From the IMG/VR virus record IMGVR_UViG_3300035688_000005, positions 1 to 63,348 of that record: a DNA stretch of 63,348 nt, one strand, 5' to 3'. Made by a program: the position numbers and the translations under genes. A model generated the notes under the pieces. It was not told the DNA's origin and ran no database searches. It saw only the letters and a list, made by a program, of their open reading frames with translations. The DNA is from a virus (Duplodnaviria > Caudoviricetes). Positions 27,568 to 37,122 of this stretch are shown piece after piece. Each line of letters begins with the position of its first letter. Positions within the stretch are counted from its first letter, which is position 1.

Positions 27568-30500
27568 CTAACTTAAATCAATAGTAGTTATGTAAACAGT
27601 AGCAGTTCCCTGCGTTCCTGTTGTCGTTGCTACGTAAGCGTTAATGGCAGTCGCTGCGTTGTAATATTTCTGCAAAGGATTCGGAGTCACTCCATCCCAA
27701 AGGTAAGCTCCTCTAAGACCAACGTCATCTCCACTGAAAGCTCCTGCACCTTTAGCTACGTTAGCATTAGCCAATAAACCAAAGTTATTTCCAGCGTCTC
27801 CTATGTCAATAGATGTATCTCCGTCAAAGGCAGTTCCAACTAATACATAAACATCAGTAACTATCTCGTTAGTTCCCGTCGTGTAAATTAATTGTGTTCC
27901 TCCACTGTAAGTTATTCCAACTCTTCTTACTGTCGGAACTCCTTTAATTCCGCTTGCTCTCTTGCTGGAATCAATCATCGTTGTTCCGCCAACTTGGAAG
28001 TTTCCTGATGAGATGTTTACATTTGCAAATGGAGTAAGTGTAATATCCCCTGACGTTGTGGTAGATAACGTCAAAGTAGAGCTATCTATTGTCAACGAAG
28101 GAGCTGTGACTCCAGTAAAAGTCCCTGCTCCTGCTGCTGATATTCTCGCAGTCCCACCAAGTTGCAAGTCACCTGCCGTTATATTAACATTAGCAAATGG
28201 TGTCAATTCTATATCTCCACTAGTTGTCGTAGAGAGAATCAACGTTGAACTATCAATTGTTAAGCTTGGGGCTGTAAGTCCAGTGAAAGTTCCAGCACCA
28301 GCCGCCGAGATTCTAGCAGTTCCGCCTATCTGTAAATCCCCAGCAGTTATATTCACATTTGCGAAAGGTGTCAACTCTATGTCTCCTGAAGTTGTCGTAG
28401 AAATCGTTAAAGTTGAACTATCAATTGTCACGGAAGGCGACGTTACCCCTATAAACGTTCCTGCACCTGCGGCAGATATTCGTGCAGTTCCACCCAATTG
28501 CAAATCTCCGCTAGTAATATTTACATTAGCGAAGGGGGTTAATTCTATGTCTCCGCTTGTAGTTGTTGATAAAATTAATGTTGCTGAATCTATTGTCAAA
28601 CTAGGGGCTGTTAATCCAGTAAATGTTCCTACTCCACCAGTTATAGTTGCCCCTGCTCCGTCTGTTAGAGTCGCTCCTTGTATTGTCCCTGTGGCTGTGA
28701 TTGCACCATCAACATAAAGCTGTTCTGTCGGGTTAACATAAGAACCAATTACTACTTTATCTGTCGTATTGTCAAGATAAGTTACTCCGTCAGTTGCGTT
28801 CCTCGTCCAAGGTCCACCAGCACTAATCAAATCTGCTAAAGTTACAGTCCCTGAAATAGCATCAGTAAAAGTCATATTAGTTAAACCATCTATTCCGATG
28901 TAAGTGGTTGCGTCCACAATCTGGAAAGTTGTTGCTGTTCTTATGTAACCAGTAGAATCTATATTCCCTGAACCGTCTATTGACCAACTAGTTCCACCTA
29001 TTGTTGTTCCTGCTAATTCAATCGCCCTGCCAGTTACCGTTGCTCCTGTGAAGTCAATACCATTTAGATTAATCGTTGAGCCAGTCAAATTCATTAAAGT
29101 GTCCATCGTAGAAGGTGTTCCCAAAGCTCCTCCGAAGGTTATCCCATTCAGCATTCTTGCCCCGATTGCAATTCCATTCTCAAAGTCAATCGTATCTCCT
29201 GTCGCTCCTCCAGCTAATACAAGTCCTGCAAGTATTCTGTAAGTAGAACTTGTCCCGAATCCTCCACATATTCCTACTATAGCTGCTGTCAATCCTGCTG
29301 TAGATGAGAAATTATTAGCTGATGTAAATAGACCTCCTATACCCTGAGAAGCAACTGCTGCTTGAGTATGTGACTCTCCTATCAATCCTATTGATATTCC
29401 AGAAGGTCCATCATCAAATGCCCTGAATAATCCACCGCTTGCTCCAACACCTCCAGCAACACCACCTGTGTAGTGCGTCTCAATTTGCATTCCTCTTGCT
29501 ACGCCCCAGTCGGGTGCTGTCTGGTTTGAATTAATCAGAATGTCAAGACCTACGCAACCTGATGATGGAATTGCAGTTGAGCTTATTAGTTGTATAACTC
29601 TTTGTGTGTCGTCTCGCTCAATACATAAAGGATAAGCGGGAGTTGTCGTTCCTATCCCTACGTTTCCCGAAGTATCAACTGTAATCAAAGGAGACGCAGA
29701 GCCACCCCAATATTCCAAATTAGATGCTAAAAGACAAAGCTGGAGAGGCTGTCCTGCATTCGGAGATATAGTTAACGGATTCGTTGGGTTTATCGTTCCT
29801 ATTATAATGTTAGTAAAAATCCTGTCTGAATTGTAAATCGTATTGATAAAACCATCGCTAAATGCCGAACCAGAATCTCCTATTTTTGGACTTACTCCTG
29901 TTGGCATAAATCTGTTTGCTATCGCATCTCCCGATATAGTAGCATTTCCAACTACGTCTAATTTTTCGGTTGGCGTTGCTGTTCCTATTCCTACACTGTC
30001 TGTTAAGGTATCAAGGTAAGTATAACCTAAAGTTCCATCCCTATCCCACGGACCTCCTCCAGTCAGTAAACTATTCAAAGTATGCTCTCCTGCTATTGGG
30101 TCAAAGAAAGTCAATTCGTCTGTTCCTGTGCTTGCTCTTATTCCAGTCAAGCCTGTCGGGCTGTCATAAAATAAATTTTCTCCTTTTGATATTATTACTT
30201 TTTGTGACACTTCAGCTAGTTCAACTGCTACTTGGACTTTTATCTTAGCTACAACGTCTTCATTAGATTTGTAAGTATAATCTGCGACTATCGGCTGTCC
30301 TGCATAAGTCGTCACGTCTGTTGCATTAAATTTCAAATTCCCTGTGCTTAATGACCATTCTACTGTCCCTGCTGTTGGGTTCACAGAAAACGCTGCATCG
30401 TTTACTTTCTCTACTGATGTAAATGATGCAAGTGTTCCGCTTGTGTCTGGTTTCAATACAGCTCTTACTTTTACTGTTGTTCCTGTTCTTGGGATATGCA

Positions 30501-30939
30501 CCAATTTTAAACCTAACTGAACTATGATTCCTACGCTTTCTCCAGAAACACTGGCTAGACCTGTGTTAGTCACAGATTCTAAAGCTACTGCACAACTTCC
30601 TACATCAGAACGAATAGCATAATGCGTGAATCCTGTATCTCCTGTTTTTTTACCAAGAGAAATAAAATCTCCGACTTTAATATTTGATTTATAAGTTTTC
30701 CCAGTATTAAATGGGTCTTCAACCAAAGCGTTTAATACAATCAAACCTGCAGTCTGAATACCTACAACATTACTACTTCCTACTCCAGTCGTTGCAGAAC
30801 TAGTAGCAAAACCTATTACATTTTGGCTTAGAACTGTAGTTGACTTTATCGCTTTCCCATTAGAATCTAACTCAATAAAGTCTCCTTGCGTGATATTTTG
30901 ATTATCCGCAACTTGCACCGTTATTATTGTATCAGCCAT
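27568..30939 (-). CDS. large capsid-associated fibre/decoration protein with internal repeats
   Basis: N-terminal domain similar to 31224..31757; GNVGIGT.TP motifs; 56-aa tandem repeats. Confidence 0.6.
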   Translation of the reverse strand: MADTIITVQVADNQNITQGDFIELDSNGKAIKSTTVLSQNVIGFATSSATTGVGSSNVVGIQTAGLIVLNALVEDPFNTGKTYKSNIKVGDFISLGKKTGDTGFTHYAIRSDVGSCAVALESVTNTGLASVSGESVGIIVQLGLKLVHIPRTGTTVKVRAVLKPDTSGTLASFTSVEKVNDAAFSVNPTAGTVEWSLSTGNLKFNATDVTTYAGQPIVADYTYKSNEDVVAKIKVQVAVELAEVSQKVIISKGENLFYDSPTGLTGIRASTGTDELTFFDPIAGEHTLNSLLTGGGPWDRDGTLGYTYLDTLTDSVGIGTATPTEKLDVVGNATISGDAIANRFMPTGVSPKIGDSGSAFSDGFINTIYNSDRIFTNIIIGTINPTNPLTISPNAGQPLQLCLLASNLEYWGGSASPLITVDTSGNVGIGTTTPAYPLCIERDDTQRVIQLISSTAIPSSGCVGLDILINSNQTAPDWGVARGMQIETHYTGGVAGGVGASGGLFRAFDDGPSGISIGLIGESHTQAAVASQGIGGLFTSANNFSSTAGLTAAIVGICGGFGTSSTYRILAGLVLAGGATGDTIDFENGIAIGARMLNGITFGGALGTPSTMDTLMNLTGSTINLNGIDFTGATVTGRAIELAGTTIGGTSWSIDGSGNIDSTGYIRTATTFQIVDATTYIGIDGLTNMTFTDAISGTVTLADLISAGGPWTRNATDGVTYLDNTTDKVVIGSYVNPTEQLYVDGAITATGTIQGATLTDGAGATITGGVGTFTGLTAPSLTIDSATLILSTTTSGDIELTPFANVNITSGDLQLGGTARISAAGAGTFIGVTSPSVTIDSSTLTISTTTSGDIELTPFANVNITAGDLQIGGTARISAAGAGTFTGLTAPSLTIDSSTLILSTTTSGDIELTPFANVNITAGDLQLGGTARISAAGAGTFTGVTAPSLTIDSSTLTLSTTTSGDITLTPFANVNISSGNFQVGGTTMIDSSKRASGIKGVPTVRRVGITYSGGTQLIYTTGTNEIVTDVYVLVGTAFDGDTSIDIGDAGNNFGLLANANVAKGAGAFSGDDVGLRGAYLWDGVTPNPLQKYYNAATAINAYVATTTGTQGTATVYITTIDLS
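27980..28630 (-). repeat. about 4 tandem 168-nt (56-aa) coding repeats
   Basis: TF.G.TAPSLTIDS.TL.LSTTTSGDIELTPFANVNIT.GDLQ.GGTARISAAGAG; equivalent positions at 28089, 28257, 28425, 28593. Confidence 0.9.
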
Positions 30940-31171
30940 CTTCCTTCAACCTCTTTCCACCAACATCATCAGTCATAGCCTTTTTCGTAGACTCTGTTTT
31001 TATCTCCTCTTTCGTTTCTATTAATATTCCATCATTAAGGGCTTGTTCGAGACTTTGCGTCAAATTTTCTGGCAGTTCTTTTACTTCTCCTTTCCACAGC
31101 CAAAATTTTGAGTCAACGTCACCCCAATAGTTTCCTCCTTTGTCCGATATTTTTACTCTCATATTTATCAA
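30932..31171 (-). CDS. small virion-associated protein
   Basis: ORF track; usual position after capsid genes. Confidence 0.5.
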   Translation of the reverse strand: MINMRVKISDKGGNYWGDVDSKFWLWKGEVKELPENLTQSLEQALNDGILIETKEEIKTESTKKAMTDDVGGKRLKEDG

Positions 31172-31223
31172 TCCTTCTCAGCGTAACTAAACTGAAAGTC
31201 TAATCCTCACGTCATCTTAGACT

Positions 31224-31757
31224 TTAAGCGAAGCTAGCTGCTGTGTTTAACAACACTCTTATTCTGCTTGTAGTAGCTCCTGCTGTGCTACCATTTTCCT
31301 TGTCGAGAGCTCTCCCGATTGGAAAAGTAGTAATTGGCACAGTTCCGTTTCCAGCTACAACAGCTTGTCCGTCAGCAACTGTAGTTCCAGCATCTCCACC
31401 AACGAAGACTGTTTGACCTACGTTGATAGGTGCATCGTAACCTGCACTGCCGTCAGTATCCTGAACAAGGCAGTCAAGGTCAGTGATTCCAGAAACCAAA
31501 ACAGAAACTGTCTTAGTCCCGACTTCACTTGCACTTGTGGTAACTGCATTCTCAGCAACTCCAGCGATTTGTGCTGCGTTTGTCACGTTTTTTATGACGT
31601 TTCCATCTGAATCAATTGCTACCAAATCACCGACTGCTATCGTCTGACTAGCTGCAACTTTTAAAGTTAGAACAAGTCTTGGGAATGCAGAGGATTGCTG
31701 AAGCTCAGTTCCAATAAGACCGTTGTAACTCGGACTCGTTGTCGAACTTCTTACCAT
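31224..31757 (-). CDS. capsid decoration/cement protein (DUF2190-like)
   Basis: I.VGDLV...., AGVA...., I.VGQ.V, IGRAL; follows MCP. Confidence 0.65.
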   Translation of the reverse strand: MVRSSTTSPSYNGLIGTELQQSSAFPRLVLTLKVAASQTIAVGDLVAIDSDGNVIKNVTNAAQIAGVAENAVTTSASEVGTKTVSVLVSGITDLDCLVQDTDGSAGYDAPINVGQTVFVGGDAGTTVADGQAVVAGNGTVPITTFPIGRALDKENGSTAGATTSRIRVLLNTAASFA

Positions 31758-31887
31758 TTAAAATCCCTCCATAGTTTTTACTACTATTTCTTTAATTAAA
31801 GGGGTATATTAATCTTCCACTCACGATTTAGCACTCACTTCTTTGAATCTTTTAATTTAATTGTTTGGTTTATATACTTTACAATCT

Positions 31888-32133
31888 TTACAATCTGAAC
31901 CGTTTTTTATAGTCTTTTAATTTATAATGATGAACTTCCTCTAAATGTTTCTTCATTCTAAATTGTCTTGTCATACACAACTGGCATATTTCCATTATTA
32001 CCGAGCGAGAGTGATACTTATGCCCGTTTTTAAAAACACTTCTGGGCGGTTTATTTTTTAGCGAATCAGAATAAGCTAAAATTCTTTTGTCTGTTTCTTT
32101 TGTTTTTCCTTTGTTCCAGATTTCTCTATCCAT
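31888..32133 (-). pseudogene. homing endonuclease remnant (DNA-binding part only)
   Basis: WNKGKTKETDKRI plus C..C...HL...H finger; no nuclease domain. Confidence 0.5.
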
Positions 32134-32149
32134 ATAATCACTAAAAAAT

Positions 32150-32181
32150 CTAAAATGGCTCTCCCGTGAGAGAGAGCCAAG
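32150..32181 (-). terminator. hairpin and T-run after the major capsid gene
   Basis: TGGCTCTC...GAGAGCCA followed by TTTT. Confidence 0.55.
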
Positions 32182-32193
32182 TTAAAAATTGTT

Positions 32194-33183
32194 TTACGAT
32201 GCTGCCATTTGAACACCGGACACTGCACGGATATTTTGTATTGCGATACCGTATGACTGAAGTGCTATGACTTCAGTGTCTACGCTACCAGGCAATCTTC
32301 CGTCAACAACTTCAACATCTGTCTCTTTCACGAAAGTTCCTGCTTCGTTCGCATCACAAAATATACTGAAACCACTGTCTATTTGAGTGGTCACAATAAC
32401 CTTCTGTGGACCGAAGTATTCTACTCTCGGGAATAGGGTCGTTGCGTTATTTGCAGTTCCAGCCGCAATTGTAACAGTAGCACGGTAGATTGCTTGTTTG
32501 AAATCTGTGTCTTTCAAAAGTGCCGCATAATCATCTGGATGCAGAATCAAATGCGTCGCCTTGAAGAACTGTCCTTCAAGCAGAGCACGTGCATCTATAA
32601 GGTTAGCATAATTAACCCTTGTAGAAGCTCCACCCGTGAATATTCTGTTTCCGTTTGCGTTTGTAACTACGTTCTTCAAACCCTGAACGATGTCAAAGTC
32701 GACTTTACGAGCCAGTGCCTTTCCTGCCCTCTTAGCTTCAGCTACAACCAGCGAAACCATACCCCTCTTTATCATCTCCCAAGTTATCTTGGAAGCTGCT
32801 ATTTTCTTTGTCGGAGTAACAGTCACGAAGTCGTAACCAACGCCAGTATAGGTAACCGTTCCACCTTCTGCTACTTCAGCAGCAGTGATACGGAGTTCCT
32901 TTGGCAATTTGATAGCACCTTTTCCTTGCCCGTGCATTAAGTCTTCGTTCATTTGTAGCAATTCAAGTCCCACCATAACAGGTTCGACTGCCTCTCTTAT
33001 TACTGACGCTAGGACAGTAGTGAAGAGAGCAGATGCGTTCGATAATGTTACGTCTTCTCTGAACGCACCAGGGAAACTTTCAGAAGAGATGATTCCTACT
33101 CGAGCCATCTCCTTAAATATCATTTTCCCTGCGGCTTCTGTTAGAGGGCTTGAAGTTGGTTCACTTAGTTCATAATTTGCCAT
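32194..33183 (-). CDS. major capsid protein (HK97 fold)
   Basis: EVAEGG, VTPTK......ITWEMI, ALARKVD, LILHPDDY..L; 329 aa after scaffold. Confidence 0.9.
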   Translation of the reverse strand: MANYELSEPTSSPLTEAAGKMIFKEMARVGIISSESFPGAFREDVTLSNASALFTTVLASVIREAVEPVMVGLELLQMNEDLMHGQGKGAIKLPKELRITAAEVAEGGTVTYTGVGYDFVTVTPTKKIAASKITWEMIKRGMVSLVVAEAKRAGKALARKVDFDIVQGLKNVVTNANGNRIFTGGASTRVNYANLIDARALLEGQFFKATHLILHPDDYAALLKDTDFKQAIYRATVTIAAGTANNATTLFPRVEYFGPQKVIVTTQIDSGFSIFCDANEAGTFVKETDVEVVDGRLPGSVDTEVIALQSYGIAIQNIRAVSGVQMAAS

Positions 33184-33621
33184 TTACATCAAACCTCCTG
33201 TTTTTCTTACAAATTCTTTTACTCTCCCTTGAATGTCTCCAAGAGAATCTTTTACTGAGGCTGGATTTCCTGTTACTATTGTCTTTCTCCTTTCTGGGAA
33301 AGTTCTCGGCTGTTCAGGACCTGCTGGCAGACCTGGGGTCTCCCCTCGTGTCTCGCCTGCTCCTTCATCAGCTCTGACTTTTTCCTCAAGTGCCTCAATT
33401 CTCCTTTTTATTGCTTCAAGGGTTTTTTCCTCTTCCTCTTCCTCTTCTGCTTCTCTGCGTCTAAATTCCTCTCTTACAACCTTTTTGATTGCTTCGATTT
33501 GGTATTGGTCAAATCCTTTTTCTCCTGGAACATCTCCAGGTGGACTCAAACCAAGAGGCATATCTTTACCTGTAGGTGAAGACGGCTGAACATCGTCAAC
33601 TTCTCTGAATATTCTTACCAT
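33184..33621 (-). CDS. scaffold protein
   Basis: Acidic coiled coil directly upstream of MCP. Confidence 0.6.
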   Translation of the reverse strand: MVRIFREVDDVQPSSPTGKDMPLGLSPPGDVPGEKGFDQYQIEAIKKVVREEFRRREAEEEEEEEKTLEAIKRRIEALEEKVRADEGAGETRGETPGLPAGPEQPRTFPERRKTIVTGNPASVKDSLGDIQGRVKEFVRKTGGLM

Positions 33622-33624
33622 CTT

Positions 33625-36384
33625 TCACACCTCCATAGTTTTTATCTTCAAATTTTCTTTCTGACAATTTGGACAATACAACTGCTTTTTGTTCCCCACT
33701 TGCTTCACTGGAAAGTTGTCTATATAATTTTGAGTTTTGCACTCAAGGCATTTAACTTTCAACTTGTAAAGCTTTTCTGGCAGTCGTTTATCCTGTTTAT
33801 CAGCATAAGGGTCAATATTGACCTCTTTGATGGGTTCTGCCCCTTCCTCATATCCACACTTTGGACATTTGAGTATAGGTTCAGTTCCTTCTTCTCCCAC
33901 CATTTTAATCATTTCAGTTCCATCTTTTGGACAGGCTCTTACTCCTGCTCCACCTTCATCCTCTTTTATTACTCTTGCTTTTAAATCAGCAACTTCCTCT
34001 TCTGTTGTTACTGGCACTTCTATAAATTTCTTTCCTTTAAATTCGCAAACTTTACAAGTATAACCTTTCTCTTCCCACATAGTCTCAAATGAACCACATC
34101 TTGGGCATACGAACTTAGCCATATATTCCTTGAAACTTTCCTGTTTAGGTGCATACGATATGTAAGCAATACTATCTCTCACGTGCCAAATCGTCCCATC
34201 GTTTAAACATTTGAAATGACTTCCTTCTTCGTCTTCTTCTCCTCTTGCTATTTTCTTAGAACCGCATCTCGGACAGGCGTTAGTATATCCTCTTCTTTCA
34301 GGCGGATAGTCAGATACCTTTGGACCTTTAGTATAATCCATCGGCTCTGTTTTTTTAGGTAAATTAACTCTGTCTTCTAAATCTTTTCCTTCAGCATCAC
34401 TTGGACTTTCGTAATCTATTTTCTTTCTCGGATTGGGTTGCCATTTATCTGGAGTCCCTTCTTTGCCTCCACTTGCTGGAGATTTACTTGAAGTCTTGTC
34501 TCCCGTTCCTGCTTCTTTGAAACTTTCTGTTTTCACTAAATCTTCCTCCCAATAATATTCGGCTTCCTTATCCCCCACCTTTACTAAATATGCTTCTCCT
34601 TCTTTTTCTCCTTTCTCGGTTGTTATCCTGCGAGTCACTTCTCCAGTTTTTCCGTCTTTTGTTTTTACTTTATCTCCAACATCAAAAGCGTGAGTTCCTT
34701 TTACATCTTCTGATTTTCCGCCAGTTCTGCATCCATAACATATATAACCACTGCGTGGCTCTCCCGCTTTTCTTTCACATTCATCACATTTTACTTCTTG
34801 TTCTTTTATAGGTTTTGGCAGATTATTACCTGCCCCACTTATTTGATTTGTCTCTTTTAATAGCATCTCGTTTAAACATCTAGGACACTTTACATATTCT
34901 TTAACCTTTTCTGGGAACGGATTCTTTATTTTTCCAGCTTTCCATTCGTCATACATATATCTGCATACTGCTCCTGGCTCTTTTACTCCTGGCTCTTTTC
35001 CCATTCTTGATATGCAGTCAGTCATACTAAATCCTGGCGTTGCACCTTTTTGTTCTACGCCCATTCCAGTAGCATCAACTACTTCTTTTCCTGATTTTCC
35101 TTTATCTTTTCCTTTTGTGCTTACATAATGGAATCCACCACTTGGGTCTTCTACTTCTATAATAGAGTCAGCTCCAGAAACTGGGATTACTTTAACCTTC
35201 GCTTCTTTTAATCTCATTTCAGTAAAACATCTTGTGCATTTAACCCACTGCTCTGGGAAAGTTCTTGTCTTAGTCGGCTCTTCTCCTGTTCTTGTCGGAG
35301 ATTTCTTCATATAAGTTGTGAAAGCATCATAGAACGCTTGAGCTGCCTCTTCTGAATCAAATGACATTTCGTATTTCTTGTCTAAAGTAACAGACCATTT
35401 TTTAGTAGAAATATTCTCATAAGGTTTACTTACTCTTGGACTTGTTACATCTTGAACGTTTGTTACATCTTTTTGCTCTTTGAGACTTTCAGTTGAACGC
35501 ACACGCCCTAAACGCATTCTTATATCTGAATCAAGCTCATCCCATTCGCTTTCTGCTATACTTGGGTCATCTAAATCAGCTTCAGCAACCCAGCTTCTTC
35601 TTTTATTTTTATCTGTTCTTCTCCATTCTGCTCCTGTTATTTCTTTTAATCTCATCTCCCCTTTTCTTAGTTCAGAAGGTTCTAAAGGAACTTGCGGATT
35701 TTCTAATTCCTTTCCTGATTGCCCGCATCTAGGACATCTGTTTTGAAAAGGGACTCCAAACTCATCTGCCTTTCCAGAATAATTACAGTTCGTGCACTGA
35801 TAAATTGTGTCATCTGCTTTTGTTAAATCAAGCAAAGGATTTGCTTCCTTTATACCTAGTCCGAATTTCTCTGCTATTTTGATTGAACTGTCTCCATCTC
35901 CTGGAATCAAAACGGGACTCAACTCTAAAAATTCTTGGACGTGAGCTCTTACAAATCCTTCTTTAGGTTCAACATTAGAAACCAAAACCTGTAGACTTAC
36001 TCCCTTAATGTCACCTCTTTTTACTTTTCGGATAAACGTTTCTTCCATCGGGTCTATGTCTGCCTCGTAATAAGCACCGTCTGCTGCCATATAAGAATTA
36101 ACTACGTGACCAAAAGGCGGATACATTCTGATACTTTCGTCTTTATGAGAATCAAGAAATGGTTTTCCGATTAAAGTTCCAATAGTAGCATTAAGAGACT
36201 CTCGACTATAACTAACCTTGTTCCTTGTCGGTTTGTCGGGGGTGATTATTTTTCCAAATATCTTAAATCCTTTCACTTGACCAGAGGTCGGGTCTACATC
36301 TTCCTTGAATTTAAAGTTCTCAGTCAATATTTTGACTTTTTCATTAAACTTCTGCATTTTTGTGGGGTTAATAGTCGGCATCAT
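33625..36384 (-). CDS. prohead protease fused to a multi-module polyprotein
   Basis: N-terminal TRN...Y, GKPFLDSH, GHV, GVS, ELSPV.IPGD protease domain; then many CxxC ribbons and a KOW module. Confidence 0.8.
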   Translation of the reverse strand: MMPTINPTKMQKFNEKVKILTENFKFKEDVDPTSGQVKGFKIFGKIITPDKPTRNKVSYSRESLNATIGTLIGKPFLDSHKDESIRMYPPFGHVVNSYMAADGAYYEADIDPMEETFIRKVKRGDIKGVSLQVLVSNVEPKEGFVRAHVQEFLELSPVLIPGDGDSSIKIAEKFGLGIKEANPLLDLTKADDTIYQCTNCNYSGKADEFGVPFQNRCPRCGQSGKELENPQVPLEPSELRKGEMRLKEITGAEWRRTDKNKRRSWVAEADLDDPSIAESEWDELDSDIRMRLGRVRSTESLKEQKDVTNVQDVTSPRVSKPYENISTKKWSVTLDKKYEMSFDSEEAAQAFYDAFTTYMKKSPTRTGEEPTKTRTFPEQWVKCTRCFTEMRLKEAKVKVIPVSGADSIIEVEDPSGGFHYVSTKGKDKGKSGKEVVDATGMGVEQKGATPGFSMTDCISRMGKEPGVKEPGAVCRYMYDEWKAGKIKNPFPEKVKEYVKCPRCLNEMLLKETNQISGAGNNLPKPIKEQEVKCDECERKAGEPRSGYICYGCRTGGKSEDVKGTHAFDVGDKVKTKDGKTGEVTRRITTEKGEKEGEAYLVKVGDKEAEYYWEEDLVKTESFKEAGTGDKTSSKSPASGGKEGTPDKWQPNPRKKIDYESPSDAEGKDLEDRVNLPKKTEPMDYTKGPKVSDYPPERRGYTNACPRCGSKKIARGEEDEEGSHFKCLNDGTIWHVRDSIAYISYAPKQESFKEYMAKFVCPRCGSFETMWEEKGYTCKVCEFKGKKFIEVPVTTEEEVADLKARVIKEDEGGAGVRACPKDGTEMIKMVGEEGTEPILKCPKCGYEEGAEPIKEVNIDPYADKQDKRLPEKLYKLKVKCLECKTQNYIDNFPVKQVGNKKQLYCPNCQKENLKIKTMEV

Positions 36385-36626
36385 TATATCAAACTCCTCG
36401 TTCTTCCTACTCGTGGGGTCTTTTCATAATTATTATCTACTCCGTCATCCATAACTGGTCTGACGGGTGCATCTTGAGGCAGATGTGATTCTTTAATTTT
36501 GTTGCCACAGTTTGGGCAAACTCTCCATCCTTTCCCATTCATTACGCTTTCGCAAGACTCGCATACTTTTCTCTCGTTGTAATCAGGTCGTTGATATTCA
36601 ACGTCTTGCCACTCTTTTTTACGCAT
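36384..36626 (-). CDS. Zn-ribbon head-module protein
   Basis: CESC...CPNC, IKES. Confidence 0.55.
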   Translation of the reverse strand: MRKKEWQDVEYQRPDYNERKVCESCESVMNGKGWRVCPNCGNKIKESHLPQDAPVRPVMDDGVDNNYEKTPRVGRTRSLI

Positions 36627-36671
36627 CTCCTCACCTATTTATTTAAGTAAAACTCCTTTATTAATCTAATT

Positions 36672-36902
36672 TCACCCTATCTTTGGGACGAATATGCTTG
36701 TCTTATACTTGTAACCTTTCACTCCCACTCGTTCATCATCGCTTTCTATCTTAACTAGTTTTCCACACCTGTTTAATTTATCAACGTGAAGCCTTATCCT
36801 GTTCCTGTTTTCTTCTAATTCATCTGATATTTGTGTTATTGACTTGAAACAACAACCCACGCATTTTATGATTTTTTCCTCTATGTCTTCTTCTTCGTTC
36901 AT
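36672..36902 (-). CDS. winged-helix transcription regulator
   Basis: SITQISDEL....NRIRLHVDKL...GKL. Confidence 0.65.
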   Translation of the reverse strand: MNEEEDIEEKIIKCVGCCFKSITQISDELEENRNRIRLHVDKLNRCGKLVKIESDDERVGVKGYKYKTSIFVPKIG

Positions 36903-36915
36903 CAGACCCTACTCC

Positions 36916-37122
36916 TTAATTATTTATCGAATCTCTAGGATTTGCCAAAGGAATTAGTTTTACCCCTTTTATGTCAATATCAATAATTATCCCCCTCATT
37001 CCGTTTACTGCTATGATTGTCTTTCCTATATACTTGTCTTTGTTTTTTATCATATCTTCCCTTAATTCTTTCTCTGCTTTCTCTCGCTCCTTTAAAATTG
37101 CATCAATCTGTTTTTTGTCCAT
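36916..37122 (-). CDS. hypothetical protein
   Basis: ORF track. Confidence 0.45.
   Translation of the reverse strand: MDKKQIDAILKEREKAEKELREDMIKNKDKYIGKTIIAVNGMRGIIIDIDIKGVKLIPLANPRDSINN

Noticed and set aside
27980-28630. CRISPR array
   Set aside because: In-frame coding repeats with synonymous divergence and no spacers; no array seen anywhere
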